This document shows positions 60,094-64,000 of a stretch of DNA of 64,000 nt, one piece after another (position 1 is the first letter of the stretch; every line of letters begins with the position of its first letter). Position numbers and translations under genes: made by a program. Origin of the DNA: Longimicrobiales bacterium. Its GTDB lineage: Bacteria; Gemmatimonadota; Gemmatimonadetes; Longimicrobiales; Gaopeijiaceae. The notes under the pieces were generated by a model. It made no database searches and had not been told where the DNA came from. It saw only the letters and a list, made by a program, of their open reading frames with translations. Location of the stretch: contig CBDFIQ010000002.1 of the NCBI GenBank assembly GCA_965248195.1, forward strand, positions 1,216,001 through 1,280,000. The letters run 5' to 3'.

Positions 60094-60128
60094 AACCCGA
60101 AGATAAACCGAATATCGGGGCGACGCAA
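60094..60128 (-). promoter_or_regulatory. Promoter (TTGCGT-17bp-TATCTT) overlapped by the same operator-like motif
   Basis: -35 at 60128-60123, -10 at 60105-60100; minus-strand CGATATTCGGTTTATCTTCGGGTT at 60117-60094. Confidence 0.7.
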
Positions 60129-60479
60129 TTCCGGATCGGGACTCGACGAAGGGGTACCTCAGGCTAAAAAGGGAGAACTCAATCCAGAAAACTCAGAAGC
60201 CGGTAAAGCCTCCCGTTCCGGCAGCGAAGGTCGGTTCGCGAGACGGGGGATCGGAGACGGCGATGGGCGCTAGGTCCACTTCGGCCGTAGAGCGTCCGAG
60301 GGTGATGTCGCTCCTGTTCCGTGTTATCTGCCCTCACTCCGTGGGCCGGCGAGTTCGATTACTACGTGGCTCGGCGGGGCGGTGTTCCCATGGTTCGGAT
60401 TGTCGCGAAGCCATCCTGACCATGCCCCTTGGCACGCGGGTTCAGTGCCCCCCGTTGGACTCACTGGCGCGGCCGAACT

Positions 60480-60764
60480 TCACCGAACCATGATGGTGCC
60501 CGTCATGGCGGCACCTTCGTGGGGGATGCAGATGTACCGGTACTCCCCCGGCTCGGTGAACGTCCAAGTGAAGCTTCCCCCCGGTCCGATATCCCCCGAG
60601 CCGAAGGTGTCGGCGCCGGCGGGAACTCGGACGTTGGCCGCCTGCATGGCCCTGGACGGATCGGTGGTGACCGTGTGGATCAGAGTTGACGTATTACGCC
60701 AGCGCACCGCCTGGCCCGCCGAGATGGTGACGGCGGCCGGCTCGTACCTGAGCTGGTTGGTCAT
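60480..60764 (-). CDS. Plastocyanin/halocyanin-like cupredoxin, apparently lacking its N-terminus
   Basis: YEPAAVTISAGQAVRWRN, HTVT, YICIPHEGAAMTG: His/Cys/His/Met type-1 Cu ligands. Confidence 0.8.
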   Translation of the reverse strand: MTNQLRYEPAAVTISAGQAVRWRNTSTLIHTVTTDPSRAMQAANVRVPAGADTFGSGDIGPGGSFTWTFTEPGEYRYICIPHEGAAMTGTIMVR

Positions 60765-60784
60765 GCGTTCGATCTCCCGCAGCG

Positions 60785-62796
60785 ATGCCCTCCACGAGCT
60801 CCACACACCTCGGGCAAGGCAGTCTCGTTGCAGCCTGGCTCGGGATCGTCCGTCGCCGATGGGCCTGGGGCCTCGGTGTGTTCGCTGTGATAGCGGGCCT
60901 TGCAGCCTTGCTCCTCTTTACCGCCCACCCCGTCTACCGTGCACAGGCGAGCCTGCGGTTGGGAGAGCCGCCGCCGCCCGGGGGACTTTCTCCCGCGTCC
61001 AACCTCCTGGGCGTGTTCGGCCTCGGGGGGGACGCCTTCGCCAACGACATGGAGCTTTTGGCGAGCCGCACTTTGGCCGAGAGCGTGGTAGCCGACGGGT
61101 CGCTGAACGTCCGCCTTCTGGCCTCGAAGGACTGGCACCGGGATTCGATCTTCGGGCACCTGTTGGCGACACCACTGACCGACGAGGCGACGTTCGAAGT
61201 CGAGTGGAGCGGGAGCGAGGTGATCGTCCGGCAGACCGCACCGTCGGAGGACCGAGGTGTGGTGGCCACAGTCTCGCCGGGCGAGTCCGTGACGTTCGGC
61301 GGGGTATCGGCCACGTTCCGGCCGTGGCGGGAGGGCATGCCCACACGGGTCCGTATCAAAACGCTTCCCTTCTCCGAGGCGGTAAGCGTGGAGCGGCGGC
61401 GCATCGTCTCGGAGCGGACACGCCGTGAAGCCAACGTCGTGGAGCTCAGCTACGACCACACCGATCCCGATCTGGCCGAGACGGTGGTGCAGTCCGTGGT
61501 CGATCGCTTCATCGCCTTCAGGACGCAGATTCAGGGCAGGGAGAGTGGGGAGACCGTCGACTCTCTGAGGGTCGTGGCGAACGAGACGCTGGACGAGCTC
61601 CGCAAGGCCGAGACTGCGCTGGAAGAGTTTCAGCGAACCTCGCGACTCGTGGCCCCTGACGCGCAGAGTGAAGCGTTCATCGAGCGCTATAGCGATCTTC
61701 TCTCCGGGTTGGGGCAGGCTCAAGCAGAGCTGAGTGCCATCGATAACGTTCTCGAGAGAGTCGCCACGGATCCCGACCGGGCCCAGGCGTGGACGGGTCT
61801 CGTTTCTCATCCCTTGTTCCTCCAGAACGAGACCGTGGGCCTGCTACTGGCCCAGCTCACGACTCTGGAGGCGACGCGAAATGAAGTAGCGTCCCGACGG
61901 ACCGTAGAGAGCCGGGAGCATCTAGTGGTCCTGGAGCAGATCGAGTACCTCGTCGTTTCCCTCGGTTCTGTGGCCGAGGCCTACCGGACATCCCTCGTCG
62001 ATCAGATCAGGGTAGCCGAAGAGATGGTCGCGGTCATGGACGCGGAGCTCGCCAGGATGCCCTCGCTGGCGATCGAGCTGGGAGGGCGCCAGCGAGACGT
62101 CCGGGTCCTGACCGAGGTGGTGGTACTCACCGAGCAACGGCTACGCCAGGAGGAGCTCAGGCAGGCCCTGACCTTCGCGAATATTCAGGTGATCGACCCC
62201 CCGAAGCTTCGCTTCAGACCGATTTGGCCACGTAAGCTCCTCGGCCTCGCCGTGGGCTTCATGATCGCCGGCGTCTTCGGGGCACTGGCCCTGGTGGGGA
62301 GCGTTCGGATCCCTCGATCCGTTCGGTCGTGGCCACACGGCCCCTTCTGGGAGCTCCCGTCCTGGCGGCTCCGTACCGAAACCGGAGCAGGATCGTGCTC
62401 TCTCCGTCGGATGCCCGGGCGGTCCTCGATCAAGTGGGCCACGATGACTCGGGAGCGGTCCGCATGGTCCTTGCACCCCTGGACGAGGGCCACGACGCAG
62501 CCGACCTCGTGGAGGCCCTCCTTAGCGCCGCAGAAGCGGACGAGGGCGGAGGCACGCGGAGCCGCCCCGGATGGAGCACGCCGACTCTCGAGACTGCACC
62601 ACCGATCCAGACATTCGCCACGGCCTCCGAGGCAGTGGACGGGAACGTGCCCGTGGTCCTTGTGCTGCGATGCGGACAGACACGGAAGGGCGACCTGGCC
62701 CAGGCCGTCGAGCTGGTGACCGAAGCCGGAGGGAAGATTGGGGGCGCGGTGCTGGTGTGCGGCAACACCGAAGAGGCGAGGGCGGCATGGGGATAG
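60785..62796 (+). pseudogene. Wzc/GumC-like polysaccharide co-polymerase, frameshifted near 62296-62299
   Basis: N-terminal TM, PVYRAQASL, coiled coil, NIQVIDPP..PIWPR + TM; adding one G continues VGERSDPSIRS..LLGAPVLA into a kinase-like tail ending at 62796. Confidence 0.75.
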
Positions 62797-63392
62797 GGAA
62801 GCGGGCCCTGGACCTCGTCGGTGCCTCGGTCCTGCTGATTCTGGTGTCGCCATTGTTGGTGGTGGGCGCCCTCGCGGTGCTCCTGAGGTCGGGCCGTCCG
62901 ATCTTCTTCGGCCACCGGCGACTGGGCCGTGACGGCACCCCGTTTCGTTGTTGGAAGCTCCGGACCATGCGCGTGGGCGCCGAGGCGCAGCTGGAGCGCG
63001 AGAGGAGCCTCAACGAGCAATACCGGGGAAATGGCTTCAAGATTCCCACCGCCGCAGATCCGAGGGTCACTCGAGTCGGAGGGTGGCTCCGCCGCAGCTA
63101 CGTGGACGAGATTCCCCAGCTCTTCAATGTTCTGAACGGCTCCATGTCCCTCGTGGGCCCCCGACCCGTCGTCGAAGACGAGCTCGAGTGCTACGGAGGG
63201 GACGCCGAGGAGCTACTGCGAGTGCGACCCGGCGTCTTCGGGGAGTGGACGAGCCGTGGAAGGCACAGACCGCCCTACCCCGAGAGGGCGGCCATTGAGC
63301 TCGAGTACGTCCGGCACCGTTCTCTCATGAAGGATCTCGCGATCCTCGCCCGCTCCATCCCCGTCGTCTTTAAGGGTCAGGAGGACAGATAG
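62787..63392 (+). CDS. Sugar transferase (polyprenyl-phosphate glycosylphosphotransferase)
   Basis: KRALDLV, KLRTM, DPRVTRVGGWLRRSYVDEIPQLFNVLNGSMSLVGPRP. Confidence 0.93.
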   Translation: MGIGKRALDLVGASVLLILVSPLLVVGALAVLLRSGRPIFFGHRRLGRDGTPFRCWKLRTMRVGAEAQLERERSLNEQYRGNGFKIPTAADPRVTRVGGWLRRSYVDEIPQLFNVLNGSMSLVGPRPVVEDELECYGGDAEELLRVRPGVFGEWTSRGRHRPPYPERAAIELEYVRHRSLMKDLAILARSIPVVFKGQEDR

Positions 63393-63396
63393 GCTC

Positions 63397-64000
63397 TTGT
63401 TTACCGACACCTCTCCGGCGGAAGGCCTGCGCCGAATCTTCTTAAACGCTCTCTCGCTCCTCTTCGCCTACGGGCTGCCCAAAGTCTTCACTCTGGGCGC
63501 CGTGGTGGTGGCTGCGCGTGTACTCGGGACCGGGGAGTTCGGAGCGTACGGGACGGCGGCGGCGCTGGCCGTGATCTTGAGCATTTTGTCGACCCTCGGG
63601 ATGATGCCCCTCCTCATTCGCGACATCGCCCGTAAGCCGGAGCGCGCACCCGAGCTCGTGAGGTCCGCCCACCTTCTCAAGACCATAGCCAACGGGATGA
63701 TGTTGGCGACCCTGCTGGTCGTAGCGAAGTGGCTGCTGGCCTACCCGGACCCCGTGGTGGCCACCGCCCTGCTGCTCGGCGTCTCCTACGCTCTCGGCTC
63801 CTATGTCGAGAACATGTCGGCATACTTCCAGGCGATGGAGCGGATGCACGTCTGGATGCAGGCCAGCGCCGCATTCGGCCTCGTCACCGGAGGCCTGGGC
63901 GCAGCCCTCGTGTGGACGACCTCCAGCATGGTGTGGTTCGCGTTGGCACCCATCGTCGGGCAGGCCGCTGCGCTCTTCTGGCTCGTGAGGCAGGCGCCCG
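63397..64000 (+). CDS. Wzx flippase (runs off the window end)
   Basis: Open frame: RRIFLNALSLL..AARVLGTGEFGAYG..LGMMPLLIRDIAR..FQAMERM; multiple TM helices. Confidence 0.82.
   Translation, partial: MFTDTSPAEGLRRIFLNALSLLFAYGLPKVFTLGAVVVAARVLGTGEFGAYGTAAALAVILSILSTLGMMPLLIRDIARKPERAPELVRSAHLLKTIANGMMLATLLVVAKWLLAYPDPVVATALLLGVSYALGSYVENMSAYFQAMERMHVWMQASAAFGLVTGGLGAALVWTTSSMVWFALAPIVGQAAALFWLVRQAP

Noticed and set aside
60382..61428. 348-aa plus-strand ORF
   Set aside because: Overlaps the cupredoxin (antisense) and the wzc-like gene (other frame); Arg/Gly/Pro-rich, no motifs

Overview
High-GC bacterial chromosome segment. Gene content and style (stand-alone TonB-plug-like lipoproteins, M28 peptidase, nfeD-floA, HEAT + HD-GYP pair) suggest Gemmatimonadota; this is inference only. 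Most of the window is housekeeping: trpA, NFACT/RqcH, yqeK-like, lepB, rlmN, aspS-phoH-7TM-HD-ybeY-mgtE-aarF-meaB-acyl-CoA mutase, recQ, rne/rng, rplU-rpmA, acnA, citrate synthase and tRNA-Leu(CAA). Five things stand out. (1) A DNA-damage module: dnaE2 and a separate operon of a stand-alone ImuB-C-terminal-like protein plus recX. Each has a clean sigma70-type promoter carrying the same 24-bp operator-like motif (TTCG-N7-TTCG core, 21/24 identical), and no imuA or full imuB is in the window. (2) A HEAT-repeat protein and an HD-GYP protein that share an unnamed N-terminal domain. (3) A highly structured 303-bp MITE-like element with several partial copies. (4) An accessory patch around tRNA-Leu: inverted paralogous lipoproteins, an IS3-family element splitting a Sel1 gene, and an internalin-like LRR gene between TGGACAA direct repeats. 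(5) A B12 mutase with isobutyryl-CoA-mutase specificity residues. The window ends in the start of a Wzx/Wzy polysaccharide locus whose Wzc-like gene is frameshifted. All calls come from motif recognition by eye; no searches were run.
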